A DNA stretch of 64,000 bases, from NCBI RefSeq assembly GCF_009914755.1, contig NC_060933.1; one strand, given 5' to 3'. The position numbers and the translations under genes are program-made. The DNA comes from the human T2T-CHM13v2.0 reference genome, Homo sapiens. Within the stretch, counting starts at the first letter, position 1; every line of letters starts with the position of its first letter. The notes beneath the pieces were generated by a model. That model saw only the letters and a program-made list of their open reading frames with translations. It made no database searches and had not been told where the DNA came from. This document shows, piece after piece, positions 1 through 12,999 of this stretch.

Positions 1-1030
1 CAGTAATATATAAATGCAGACTAGGGTAAAGAGAATGGAGACTGAATATGGAAGGCAAAGATTTGATATCTGGTAGTTATGTCTTCGACATTTTTTTTTT
101 TTCATTTGGCTTTGCTTTTAGGCTGCTGAACCTCAGCTTCAGAAGAATAATTTATAAGAATTTATTTTATCAAAAAAGATATTGGTTTTGTAAAAGTGTG
201 AAACTTCTTTTTAGTTAAAGGGAGTTTTCAGATCCAATTATTTTGCATTTTTTTAAAGAAATTCAACATCTGCATCAATAATATTTTTAAAAACACTGTA
301 GAAGAAAGTGGATTCAGAAACCTTTTTGATTACAGCTTTCTGCTTGAGTACATAATCAACTTCACAGTCAGATGTTTTCAAGTCTTAGAATTATTAGTAT
401 TACTGATGTGCCTTATTAAAAGCATAAAAGTGCTTTTATTCTTCTCAGAAAATGTTGTGAAGCACATAGATTCAATAATATAACCTTTGAGATTTGCAAG
501 TTAATTTGGTAGCCTTCTTGTACTTGACAGACATAAACTTGCCCTAGGTTCTCACCTGAAATATATAAAAGGCTGAGCAAAGAAATATACACCCAAAAAT
601 TCTAAGAAATTCTTTCTCAATCTTAAGAAGCAGTCAAGAGGACAAATCAAATAAAAAGTCCAACGTAATTGTAATGACTAATACTTTCTGTCCTAAAAAC
701 CAAGGGACATGAAGAAATTATCCCCTAGAAATAATAATTTTCTTTCCTTGGTATTATACTTTAAAAACTAAAGTGCAAGTACAGATATAATACCTAATTT
801 AAGTCTCATAACAAACCTAATTGTATATACATTTGGGATACATTGTTTTCCAATTTTTATACTTGAAAAACTTTATAGAGAGATTAAATAACATTCCTAA
901 GGTCTAAACCTAATAAATGACAAACACATCAACTGAGCTTTCTGACTCCCAGTGTAGTGTTCTTTTGACTCTATGAAATATTTGTGAGCACATGCTGTAG
1001 CTACATCAGACCAATCTTATTTAGCTTTTA

Positions 1031-1504
1031 GGTAACAAAGCTGAGGACTGTTTCTCTGTTGCTATAGACCCTCAGGCTGAAGATTTGTAAGGTGAGCATG
1101 GCCAGATGAACCCAGCATGCAAGAACATAGGCAGGGGGTGGAGTGGAGGAAGAACCTAAGTGCTCTGACCAAGGAGCAGGAACTGAATTAATAATTGAGT
1201 TAAGAAGCAGACACTGTAGGGTAGGATTCAGGATCCAATCAGATGGCATCAAACCCTAGCAGGATCCAGTCAGATCACGCCTACCAGAATCACCCCATTG
1301 CAAGATCCAGTCAGATCATGCCTCATTACCCTATGCTTATAAAACTTGACTCACCCCCACTGCCCTGGGAGGCACTGATTTGCAAGCTCTCCCTGGTGTT
1401 TTCTTACTTGTTGCGAGTAATAAAATCCCCTTGCTAAATCCTCCTTGGTTGTGATCATCGGGCTGTGACCCACCAAGTGACCAAAACCTGTTGTGTGGGT
1501 GACA
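1031..1504 (+). mobile_element. Solo LTR of an older endogenous retrovirus (ERVL/LTR47-like; family tentative)
   Basis: ~475 bp ending ...TGACA. TATAAAA at ~1338, AATAAA at ~1419, and three copies of GATCCA(A/G)TCAGAT between ~1232 and 1317. U3-R-U5-like layout. Confidence 0.6.
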
Positions 1505-1629
1505 ATATCAAAATGTGTATATCATTTGCTATACTAAGAACATAAACAAAAAGAATACATTTAAAAAATAAGAAAAATAAATATAAATAGAAGATCTAAA
1601 TTTTTTCACCTCTGCCCCAACATACATGA

Positions 1630-1949
<320 letters not shown>

Positions 1950-2186
1950 GTCTGCCCTACTTGGAAAATTATTGGTCTGTAGCATATACCTCAGTTTATC
2001 CTCTGAACTAAAATAAACTGGTCTTTCTCAATGCTCACCTTATAGGAAATAAAACTCAAAAGTCCTTAAAGATAACATAGTTCCAAAATGATGAAGGAAA
2101 AACTGTAAAAGACATTTTTGAGTCAAAAATTGTAGGATTTGATAACCATTTAAATGTAAGAATGATTAGAGAAGATTTTCAGAATG

Positions 2187-2552
2187 TGTGTTAGTCCATT
2201 TTCACACTGCTAATAAAGACATACCTGAGACTGGGATGAAAAAAAGTTTTTTAATGGATTTACAATTCCACATGGCTGCGGAGGCCTCACAATCATGGTG
2301 GAAGGCAAGGAGGAGCAAGTCACGTGTTACATGGATGGTGGTAGGCAAAAAGAAAGAGTTTGTGCAGGGGGGAACTCCTCTTTTTAAAATCATCAGGTCT
2401 CCTGAGACTTATTCATTACGCAAGAACAGCATGAGAAAGACCCGCCGCCATGATTCAATTACCTTCTACTGGGCCCCTCCTGTGACACATGGGAATTGTG
2501 GGAGTTACAATTCAAAATGAGATTTGGATGGGGACACTGCCAAACCATAACA
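2187..2552 (-). mobile_element. THE1 (ERVL-MaLR) solo LTR
   Basis: TGTGTTAGTCCATTTTCACACTGCTAATAAAGACATACCTGAGACTGGG...CCAAACCATAACA with TG..CA ends. 5-bp TSD GAATG at 2182-2186 and 2553-2557. Confidence 0.92.
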
Positions 2553-2699
2553 GAATGACTTCTAGGTTTTGTTTTATCTTCAGTCATTAGGCAAATGCTG
2601 AGTATTTAAGTTATTGACTACAAGAGATGGGATACCTAAGTTTAGTTTTATATGAATATTAATTTGAAACTCTTTCCATAGGCTTACTGGCTCCTCACT

Positions 2700-3575
2700 T
2701 ATTCTCTAATATAAAAGACTCGTTAAGTCTTTTGTCTTTTTCTGTATGGGGATGACTTTCTATTTCTTATTTGACTTACATTCCTTCTCAACATTTCTAG
2801 ATATTAGATTTTTTACCCATTTTATATTTTTCAATTATTTTCATCCAGTTCTCATTCCACTTAGTTTATGCTGGCTTTTGAGAAAATAATTTATTTTTAT
2901 TGGTTGAATTCATAACCTCTTGGTTTCAGGTATGTGTTGTTTAAGGAATGTTTTATCATTATGGATCATAAAGATATTCTCCAATATTGTTTCCTAGAAT
3001 TTTATCAAACATTATCTTTCAAATTTAAGACTTTATAAGTTAAAAATTATGTATTTGATGTGAGGTAAAGGGCAAAAATAATTTTTCCATAGGGATAATC
3101 TATTTTTACAGCACTTCTATTGACAAGTCCATCTTGATTCCACTAAACCTCAAAGGTAATTCTTTCATAAATTAAGTTTTCAAATATATGTGGGCATAGT
3201 TCTGAGTTCTCCATCCCATTCCTCTGGTCTTCTCACCTAGCCCTGCACCAAAAGATACTGAATGGTTATAAATAGGTTATAATAAGACACAGCTCAGAAA
3301 TATTTTTTTTCTTCCATAGGTTCTAATTTTTTTTGAAGTCATTCTTATGTACCCTTCCTGTCAGTGTCTCTGCCTACCAAAGAACATCCACTATCCTGAT
3401 TTCTCATATCATAGATAAGTGTTAACTGTTTTGTACTCTATAAATTGAATAACACAATATATGTTTTTTTTGTGTCTGGCTTCTTTTCTTCAACTTTATG
3501 TTTGTGATACACGTGTATTTTTGTGTGTCATTGTAGTGTTCATTCTCACTGCTATATAATATTCCATTTTGACAT
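2700..3575 (-). mobile_element. Degraded L1M fragments
   Basis: T-rich sequence with antisense L1 3'-region motifs such as TTTTGTGTCTGGCTTCTTTT...CATTCTCACTGCTATATAATATTCCATT. Limits approximate. Confidence 0.55.
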
Positions 3576-3817
3576 ATATTAAGAAAATTCCCTAACTCAA
3601 ACTGGCTTAAACAATAAGGAAATGTATTTTCTCACATAACTGGAAGCCCAGAAGTAGAATAAACTCCAGACACAAACAAAGCTGCAATGACATTTTTAAG
3701 AAATAAGTTTTCTTCCATCTCCCCGTGCTACCATTCCTAAGATCATATGAAAACTGCCAGGGCACTACTGAGTTCAGCAACAGAGAGGGAGAACTTCTCT
3801 CTTAACCAAAGAGCATA

Positions 3818-4154
3818 CAGTTGTCCCTCAGCATCCACAGGGGATTGGTTGCAGGACCTCCCCACCCACCCTCATGCCAGGATACCAAAATCTGCAGATG
3901 CTCAAATGTCTTATATAAAATGCCATAGTATTTGCATGTAACCTACACGCATCCTCCTGTATACTTTAAATCATCTCTACATTACTTATAATACTTAATA
4001 CAATATAAATGGTATGTAAATAGTTAGTGTACTGTATTGTTTTTATTTGTATTACTTTTATTGTTGTATTGTTATTTTTATTGTTTTTTCCAAATATTCA
4101 GTTTGTTTTTTAAATACATGGATGTGCAACCTGCAGATAAAGAGGGCCTACCTG
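3818..4154 (+). mobile_element. MER2 (TcMar-Tigger) non-autonomous DNA transposon
   Basis: TA-CAGTTGTCCCTCAGCATCCACAGGGGATTGGTT...GAGGGCCTACCTG-TA. Terminal inverted repeats with TA duplication. Confidence 0.85.
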
Positions 4155-4399
4155 TACATTGCTCTCTTTAGTCAACTTGAGCCAAGTTTGTAAAGAGATA
4201 CATTTCCATCAAATAAGTAGGCAAATTTTGAAAGATCTACTACTCTGTGCCTCCCAAAATAATCTATCTATCTATCCCAAAAAGCCCCACATGTGAAATT
4301 TACCAAAATATATACTCCATTACTATTTAAACTGTTCTGTAACAAAAGTGAAAAAAAAAACTTTTATGGAATAAGTATATAACCATAGTTATGATAAAG

Positions 4400-6400
4400 A
4401 CTACAAAATTAGGAAATAACAGAGCAATCACATCATTCTTAATAGAGAAAGCAAAAAACATTCCTATTAATGTCAGAAAATTTTTTGGTTATTCACCACT
4501 ATTACTTAATTTTATTTTTTTCTGGATGTGTTAGCCAGTGACATTGAAAATGACAATCCTAAGATTACAGAAGAGAAATGTCTAAAAATTGGAAAAAAAA
4601 TAAAGTGAAACATTTATGCTGGAAAAAGTTATAATTGTAGGCCTGAAAAAATTTAAATATAACTTAAAAAATTAGCTTAAACAATAAGATAATTCAGCAA
4701 TTTGACTGAATGTAAATCTTTAAAATAGTTTTCTTCTATAGTGCTAAATTTAAACAATGAATTAGAAGGTATAATATAGAAAAGATACCATTTGTATTAG
4801 CAACAAGAAAGCTAGAATATTTAGTAATAAAATTAATTAAAATGCTCATGATCCATATGAAGAAAATTTCACAAGCTTGCGAGTGAGAAAGAAAAGAAGA
4901 TTTGAACAAATAAAGAGACAAAACCTGTTTTTGGATGGATACATTCACTATTATCAATGTCAGTTCTCTCTAAATCTTTACATTTAATTGGATCCAGATA
5001 AAAATATCAACAACACATGTTGGAGTTGTTTGTTTGTTTGAGAAAGTGTTTCACTCTGTCACCCAGGCTGGAGTACAGTGGTGCCATCACAGCTCACTGC
5101 AGCCTCAGCCTCCCAGGCTCAAACAATCCTCCCAACTCAGCCTCCTGAATAGCTAAGACCACAGGTGCATACCACCATGCCCAGCTAATTTTTAAATATT
5201 TTTGTAGAGACAGGGTCTCCCTATGTTGCCCAGGCTGGTCTCAGACTTCTGGGGTCAAGCAACGCTCTTGCTTTGGCCTCTCGAAGCATTGAGATGATAG
5301 GCATGCACTACCACACCCAGCCTAAGACATTTTGTTTTAGACTATTTTAAAGCTTTCATCTAAAAACATGCAAAATTAAGAAAACTTTTACTAACAAAGA
5401 GTACTGAGGGGCATTAACATTACTATAGATTGAAATATTTTATAAAGTTATAGTGATTAAGCAATATGGTACAGCTACATGAATAGATTCATAGAACAAA
5501 ATAAATAATAATAAACAGAAATAATAAACAATTATACCCAGAAAATTAGTATATGATTAAGGCAACATTACATTTTATTAAGGAAAGGATAAATTAGTCA
5601 GTGATGATCAACAGATACCCCTTTTATATAAAAATACTTTTGGATCTCTATACCAAAATTAGCATCAAAATAATTTCAGATAAATCAGATATTTAAAGAG
5701 ATATATATATGTGTATATGTAACTATAACTATTACACAAATCCACAAATAATAAAAGACTGAAAATATGACCACATTGACATTAAAAGATTAAAAGCAGC
5801 ATAAATTCAGAAGATTTCAGAAAAAAATACTTACATATCACTCCTACAAAAAAATAAGTTCACATTAAAGGAAATATAAATTTCCTTAAGTATAGTCTGC
5901 ATGAATCTCAACTTCTAGAATTTTACCAAATGGTGATCCTAGCTTAATCTCAGTTGTAATAGGAGGCATGTAATTTAAAACTTAAAATGTGATTAAGTTT
6001 TCCATCTGTTATATAGGCAAAATGAACATTTGGTATTACACCATGTGGCAAGAATATCGGAAAACAGGCAGTCTCAAAGATTTTGGGTGAAATGTAATTG
6101 GTACAAACTCTGCAGAGAGCAACTGATAGACTCTTTTGCATTAAAAATCTGCAAGCTTTAAAAAATAAAAACACATTTACATTAATTTATTACAGAGACA
6201 TGTGTACACATATGAAATAAGAAACATACATATATATGTAATGTAGCATTTCTACTAAGAGCAAAAGCTAATCCAAATCAATAAGAGGAATGAGGTACCT
6301 AGGACGGTCTTGATTTGGAATGATGTCCAAGTAATATTTTCTGCTCATGGGTGTGTGGGGAATCTACAGAGTGTGTATAAATTCTTTTGTTTGTTTGCAC
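4400..6400 (+). mobile_element. Degraded L1M (ORF2/3' region) interrupted by an Alu
   Basis: A-rich strand with L1 ORF2-like remnants (e.g. GATTTGAACAAATAAAGAGAC, AAGCAATATGGTACAGC, AAATGTAATTGGTACAAACTC). No intact frame. Confidence 0.55.
5026..5323 (-). mobile_element. AluJ-type SINE
   Basis: (GTTT)n tail, then CACTCTGTCACCCAGGCTGGAGTACAGTGG...CACACCCAGCC. Confidence 0.92.
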
Positions 6401-6754
6401 ATGCAAGCACTTGTATTCATGCATGCACACATACAGAAACACATATAATTTTTAAAAGAATATATAAGATAGTGGTATCGATAGTCCCAGCTATCTGGCT
6501 TGGACAACTGCAGATATGTTAGTTCTGGCCACTATCCAAGAACATTCATTTACGGTGCAGGTTTAAAGATATGGGTATATAGATTTTCAGATAGTTGCTG
6601 AGATAGATTTTAATATTTTCTTCCTTTAGCCATATAAGATAGTGCAATTGTATTGCATATATGTTGTTATCTTAATGGGAAAATTAAGATAGCATTTCAA
6701 TGAACATATTTTGGAGTAAAGAAAACCCTAGTACCTTTGCTCAGCATTACGTTA

Positions 6755-7112
6755 TGCAGTGGACTAAGTGTTTATGTTGCCACCAAAGTTCGTATGTTGA
6801 AACTCTATTCCCAATGTGATGGTATTTGGAGGTGTAGCCCTTAGGAGATAATTAGGTCATGAGAGTAGAGCCCTAAGAATGAGATGAATGACCATATATG
6901 GAAAGACGAGACCACAGCTCTCTCTTTCAGACATTTAAGGATAAAAGAAGTCAGCGTCTGCAACCCGGAAGAAGGCCCTTACTGGAACCCTAGTCTACTG
7001 GCATGCTCATCTCATACTTCCAGCATCCAAAACAGTGAGAAATAAATTTCTCTTGTTTATAAGCCACCCAGTTTGTGATATTTTGTTATAGCAGCCCCAT
7101 CTAATTAAGATA
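6755..7112 (+). mobile_element. MLT1A-like MaLR LTR
   Basis: CAAAGTTCGTATGTTGAAACTCTATTCCCAATGTGATGGTATTTGGAGG...AAATAAATTTCTCTTGTTTATAAGCCACCCAGT...TTTGTTATAGCAGCC. Confidence 0.8.
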
Positions 7113-7800
7113 TCCTATTTTGTTGTCCTATATTATCTCCTTCCGGTTTTGAACCAGCCTTCTTCAACTATTTGTTTCTGTGCTCATTCTATTTCTAAGC
7201 ACATGCCTTCTTTTTTTGTATGTTATTTTAAACAACATACTTAGAAATGTGAAGAATCAGCAAAGGACATATTAATAAAACTTAGTATCACTAACATTAA
7301 TATGTGATCATTACAATTTATTTAAAATATTGAAAAATTTTAAATATAATAGAATTATAATAGTATTCTGCTATTCACCAATAAAGCCTCCAGAACTTTT
7401 GAAGACCAAGTTTAATCTTGGAATTAGTTGAATCCGGAAATGTAGCACAGTGAAAGTTAACACACAGAAATCAGTTATGTTTAAAGAAATTGTAATTAAC
7501 AGACTGATACTGAGAAGGATAGCAAAAGTAAATAGGTATAAACTACATTGTTTTATCATACAAGTATACTTAAGTGTTCTAATTATACTCTGAAAAACTG
7601 AAGCATCCCTACATACGTATATATTCAAGAGGGCAACTGAAGAGGTCAAAGCCTTCTTTATAGCACAATATTTAGTAAAATTTAAATTTTGTTTAGGGTT
7701 GACCAATATTTTGATTTTCATTCCCTCACAGGCCAAATGTTTAAGTTTTAGAGTTAAATGGTTCTATTAGACTTTTAATTATTACACATTCACATTCAAT

Positions 7801-8112
7801 TTTGTTTTTTGTTTTTTGTTTTTTTTTTTTTTGAGACGGAGTCTCGCTTTTTCCCCCAGGCCAGACTGCCCTGGGCTTTCTCGGCTCACTGCAAGCTCCG
7901 CCTCCCAGGTTCACGTCATTCTCCTGCCTCAGCCTCCGGAGTAGCTGGGACTACAGGCGCCCGCCACCGCACCCGGCTAATTTTTTGTATTTTTAGTAGA
8001 GATGGGGTTTCACCGTGTTAACCAAGATGATCTCGATCTCCTGACCTCGTGATCCGCCTGCCTCCGCCTCCCAAAGTGCTGGGATTACAGGCGTGAGCCA
8101 TCGTGCTCGGCC
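7801..8112 (-). mobile_element. AluY-type SINE
   Basis: Poly-T tail, GCAAGCTCCGCCTCCCAGGTTCACGTCATTCTCC, many CpGs retained. Confidence 0.92.
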
Positions 8113-8639
8113 TGGTTAACTATTCTTGATAAATGAATGAAGAATACTCAACTAGCGTGCTATGTAAAATGTGAGTTTCTTCAAAATTAAGTTGTTGACA
8201 AAAAAGGCCTAAAGGATGCTGGGCTAAAACCCTGTAAGGTCTCTTTCAGCTCCAAAAGTTGTAGAATTGTGGTAGGTAATAGATAAGATGAACAAAATAC
8301 ATTTTCCCTCAAGTTTTACATTTAGATTTACACACAGAATAATGCTTACTACTTATAGGCTCTAAACCCCATATTTTTATAGTATACAATTTTTAACAGA
8401 TAGTTCATACTTATAGGAATGTCCTATACAAAATTTACTAGCTGTATTTCCTTACTTATTTTAAATATAGAGCAATATCTGACGTTTTGTATTCATAAGA
8501 ATGGTGCATAGGTGAATAAAAAAAGTCAGATTTTTTTTCAATCTACAAAGCAATCATTATATTTCTATTTTTAACTACATTATGTAGTTTCAAAAATACT
8601 ATACTAAGACATAAAATATTTTAAAATTCTAAATAGATG

Positions 8640-9097
8640 ACAGCCTCCATTTAAGGTGGTTGTCCATAAAAATCTGTTCTCCCATTCTTCCATTACAATG
8701 AAATTATAGCTGGACCAAAGATTACACAACTTAACTACATTTTTTAGCCTCCTTTAAAGTTAAATGGTGATGTAATGATGTTGTACTGACAGAACGTGAG
8801 GGGAGAGATTTATGCCATTTTCAGATCTGGGTATGCTGCCTCCCACTTATAGTTACTTTTCTCATAAACTGAAACCTGGGTATGGTAATCTGTTTCTACC
8901 ATGTAGATGAAGCAATGGCAAGGCAGAGGCACACCATAAAAGGAGTCTGAGACCCCAAATAATCATATGGGCACAGCTTCCTGACACCCTGAAGCACCCT
9001 AATTAGAGTATTTTGTTAGAGAAAAAATAGTTGTTTTTTACAGCTACTGAATTGTTGGGTTTCTTTTTATAGCAACAGAGTCTTCACCATAACTAAT
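8640..9097 (+). mobile_element. Old MLT1-type MaLR LTR
   Basis: TACATTTTTTAGCCTCCTTTAAAGTTAAATGG...GCTACTGAATTGTTGGGTTTCTTTTTATAGCAAC...AACTAAT resembles the MLT1 LTR body and 3' end. Confidence 0.5.
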
Positions 9098-11025
9098 GGC
9101 AAAGCCATTAAGTTTAAAATACAATAGAGGTTGCACAGTTAAAATGATACAAATTAGAGTTAAAGAAAATACAGAAAAACGTAAGGCCAAGGAAACTGTG
9201 TATCACTTCTAATAGGGGCAAATAATGGATTGGATAAGAGAATTAAATGATTTAAGAAAAATGTTAGGCTTTACCCAATTATCAGGAATAAGATTAGCTT
9301 ACTAAATACCACAATAAAACGACTTTTTTAAGCTTTTCAATATATATTATCACTTTTACACCAATGGAAAAGGATACTACGCATTGAAAATTCATGTGTG
9401 TGTGTGTGTATGCACACATACATATGTCTTTTGATTTTACATCTGAGTATTTTTCTAACTGATATTTCAGGAATCCATTACAAATAGAAAAAAAAAAGAA
9501 AATGCTATAAAGCCCCTGGTGAATATGAGATAGGTTGTTGTCAGAGTTCCTCCCTCAAATAACTCAGATTTTTAGGGTAGAATGCTTATCATTCAGACAA
9601 GAATCAAGGACCAACAAATTCACGGTTCTTTTTCTCAAACTGTCTCTCAAGCACAACAGATGTTTGAGAATGTTGATTTAAAAACATACTTCCTTACCAA
9701 CACATTTTCATGAAATACACAAAGACTACACTGGCAACTAAATAGATTCTCAGTATGAATTTTATACTAAGCATTATCTGCTTTGGATTAAACACAGTGT
9801 AATTTAATTCTGATAACTGAGGTATTATAATTATCTTAGTTTAAGGATTAAAATTTGAAATTTGATCATAATTCTTAGAAAGTCAGATGTGAGTGTAGTC
9901 TGTTTCCTTGATTTTTAATATTTACATTGCATAAATATATTACATACTACTTGCATATCTGACGTTACACAAGATAGATACTCAAAAATTAAGTTTATAG
10001 TAGACAAAAATAGGATTTTTAATTTATCAATTCATCAGTAAATAGAAATATAAACAAATTTTGCCATTCATGAAGATTTTCCAAACATTTTGTGACAAAT
10101 TCTCAGTAAAAATCTATCCCTTTCCTAAAAATCTAGCAAAAGAGAAAATGGTCTTTTGGCACTGGGATCAAGGGCATGCTACTGATAATTTTTCAGTATA
10201 TACTGTTAATTTAGTTTAGTAAATACCTTGATATTATCTTTATCATGGCAATATTTGTGAATTGACAAAACTATGTCTAAGAATATTTAAACACGACAAA
10301 AAATGTTTTCAAGTATTTTTCAAATATTCATAATATTCAAGATGTTTAGCAAAAAAGCTTATTCTACGATCTACGTAAGTACTCCTTTTATATTGCTTTC
10401 ATTTCCTAATTTTTTTGTACTAGATATGATAAAGTGTACTTTTGTGAGTAGCAGCCATAAAAAATGTTTATTAAAAACATGCCAATACCCCCTCACTAAA
10501 TTCGTTTGCTAAGAAGATATACATTTTTGTCACTTATTTCTATAAACTGTAAGCCCTGTTTTCATTGGACAAGTAATCTGAAAGAATGAAAAGAAAATGT
10601 CATTGTAATAAGGTATGGTACATGGCAGTTTTTGTTTATTTTAGATCAAACTGGATCCTAGATCAAACTAAAATTTCTAGATTAGCGATAAATATCCTGG
10701 TAACTTTTATTGCCCTTCGTTAATGAATAACACTTGACAACTAAGTAATGAAGAGGAGATCATCGTATATCCTTTCTAAAATCAACTGCAGATTTTAAAG
10801 CCTCCTCTACGAGAGGCTTTTCTAAAAATCAACTTTACCCATTTCTTTAATTGCTACATATTGTGATATAACGAAACCTTTCACATTACTACATGATGCT
10901 TTATCAGTTACCAGCAGAGAACTTCATCAAGCTTGAAATAGACATTAGCTTTAACCCAACCTATGAGCATTTTATTTTCAGAATTTGCAATGCCTTTTAG
11001 GAATTATGCTCAAAAGTTACCCTCA

Positions 11026-11027
<2 letters not shown>

Positions 11028-11059
<32 letters not shown>
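11028..11059. repeat. (TG)n microsatellite
   Basis: About 16 uninterrupted TG units. Confidence 0.95.
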
Positions 11060-11060
<1 letters not shown>

Positions 11061-11445
11061 ACTTACATCCTATTATAAAAATGTTTTCACCAGTAACATT
11101 TACAATTTTTAGCATTCATTCATATGTACATATTTTAAGACAAAAAGTGTTTAAGAACTATGTAAACTAAATAATATGGTTGGTTGTTAAATATCCCCAA
11201 TTTTGCGACAAGTGGTAATTATTTTTTAACTTATATTTCATTATTCTTATTATATAGGTTTTTCTCTCCTATTTGCTTCTAAGTAGTAAAAAGTGTCAAT
11301 TTATTCCAAATTTATTTATCTTTGCTAATACATGTAAAGTCATATAGAAGCAAGATACAGAAAGCAAGGGAAAAGTGTAAGAAAAATATGCATCTACAAT
11401 TCTCACACTTTGGATTATAATTCTCACAGATATTGAACTTACTTT

Positions 11446-11848
11446 TGTCAGGCCTCTGAGCCCAAGCTAAGCCATCATATCCCCTGTGACCTGCACGTAC
11501 ACATCCAGATGGCCAGTTCCTGCCTCAACTGATGACATTCCACCACAAAACAGGTGAAAATGGCCTGTTCCTGCCTTAACTGATGACATTATCTTGTGAA
11601 ATTCCTTCTCCTGGCTCATCCTGGCTCAAAAGCTCCCCTACTGAGCTCCTTGTGACCCCACTCCTGCCTGCCAGAGAACAATCCCCCTTTTTCCTTTACC
11701 TACCCAAATCCTATAAAACGGCCCCACCCGTATCTCCCTTCAATGATTCTCTTTTCGGACTCAGCCTGCCTGCACCCAGGTGAAATAAACAGCCTTGCTG
11801 CTCACACAAAGCCTTTTTGGTGGTCTCTTCACACCGAAGCGCATGAAA
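11446..11848 (+). promoter_or_regulatory. HERV-H 5' LTR (LTR7 family), 403 bp
   Basis: LTR7 termini, TATAAAA at ~11712, AATAAA at ~11784. Confidence 0.95.
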
Positions 11849-11850
11849 GT

Positions 11851-11868
11851 TGGTGCTGTGACTCGGAT
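11851..11868 (+). other. Primer-binding site for tRNA-His
   Basis: TGGTGCTGTGACTCGGAT directly after the LTR, one mismatch from the tRNA-His complement TGGTGCCGTGACTCGGAT. Confidence 0.92.
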
Positions 11869-12999
11869 AGGGGGACCTCCCTTGGGAGATCAATCCCCTG
11901 TCCTCCTGCTCTTTGCTCCATGAAAAAGATCCACCTACGACCTCGGGTCCTCAGACCCACCAGCCCAAGGAACATCTCACCAATTTTAAATCGGGTAAGC
12001 GGCCTCTTCTTACTCTCTTCTCCAACCTCTCTCACTATCCCTCAACCACTTTCTCCTTTCAATCTTGATGCTACCCTTCAATCTCTCCTTTCTCTTAATT
12101 TCCTTTCATTTTCTAGTAGAGACAAAGGAGACACGTTTTATCCGTGGACCCAAAACTCTGGCGCCAGTCACGGACTCAGGAAGGCAGCCTTCCCTTGGTG
12201 TTTAATCATTGCAGGGACGCCTCTGATTATTCACCTATGTTTCAGAGATGTCTGACCACCCAAGGACGCCTGCCTTGGTCCTTCACCCTTAGTGGCAAGT
12301 ACTGCTTTTCTGGGGGGCAAGAACCCCCCAACCCCTTCTCTCCATGTCTCTACCCCTTTTCCACTTTTCTGGAGGGCAAGAACCTCCAACCCCTTCTCCT
12401 TCACCCTTAGTGGCAAGTACCGCTTTTCTAGGGGGCAAAAACCCCCCAACCCCTTCTCTCCATGTCTCTACCCCTTCTCTGATTTTCTGGGGGCAAGAAC
12501 CCCTGGATCCATAATTTCCACGCCCCGACCTCTTATCTCTGCACCCCGATCCCTTATTTCTACGCCTCGACCTCTTATCTCTGTGCCCAACCCCTTTCCT
12601 GCTTTTCTGGAGGGTAAGAACCCCCGAACCCCTTCCCTCCGTGTCTCTACTCTCTCTTTTCTCTGGGCTTGCCTCCTTCGCTATGGGCAACCTTCCACCC
12701 TCCATTCCTCCTCCTTCTCCCTTAGCCTGTGTTCTTAAGAACTTAAAACCTCTTCAACTCACACCTGACCTAAAACCTAAATGCCGAATTTTCTTCTGCA
12801 ATGCCGCTTGACCCCAATACAAACTCGACAGTGGTTCCAAATAGCCAGAAAATGGCACTTTCAATTTTTCCATCCTACGAGATCTAAATAATTCTTGTCA
12901 TAAAATAGGCAAACGGTCTGAGATGCCTGACGTCCAGGCATTCTTTTACACATCGGTCCCTCCCTAGTCTCTGTTCCCAATGCAACTTGTCCCAAATCT

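Noticed and set aside
11851-11868. tRNA-His gene
   Set aside because: Only the 18-nt complement of the tRNA 3' end, i.e. a primer-binding site. No cloverleaf.
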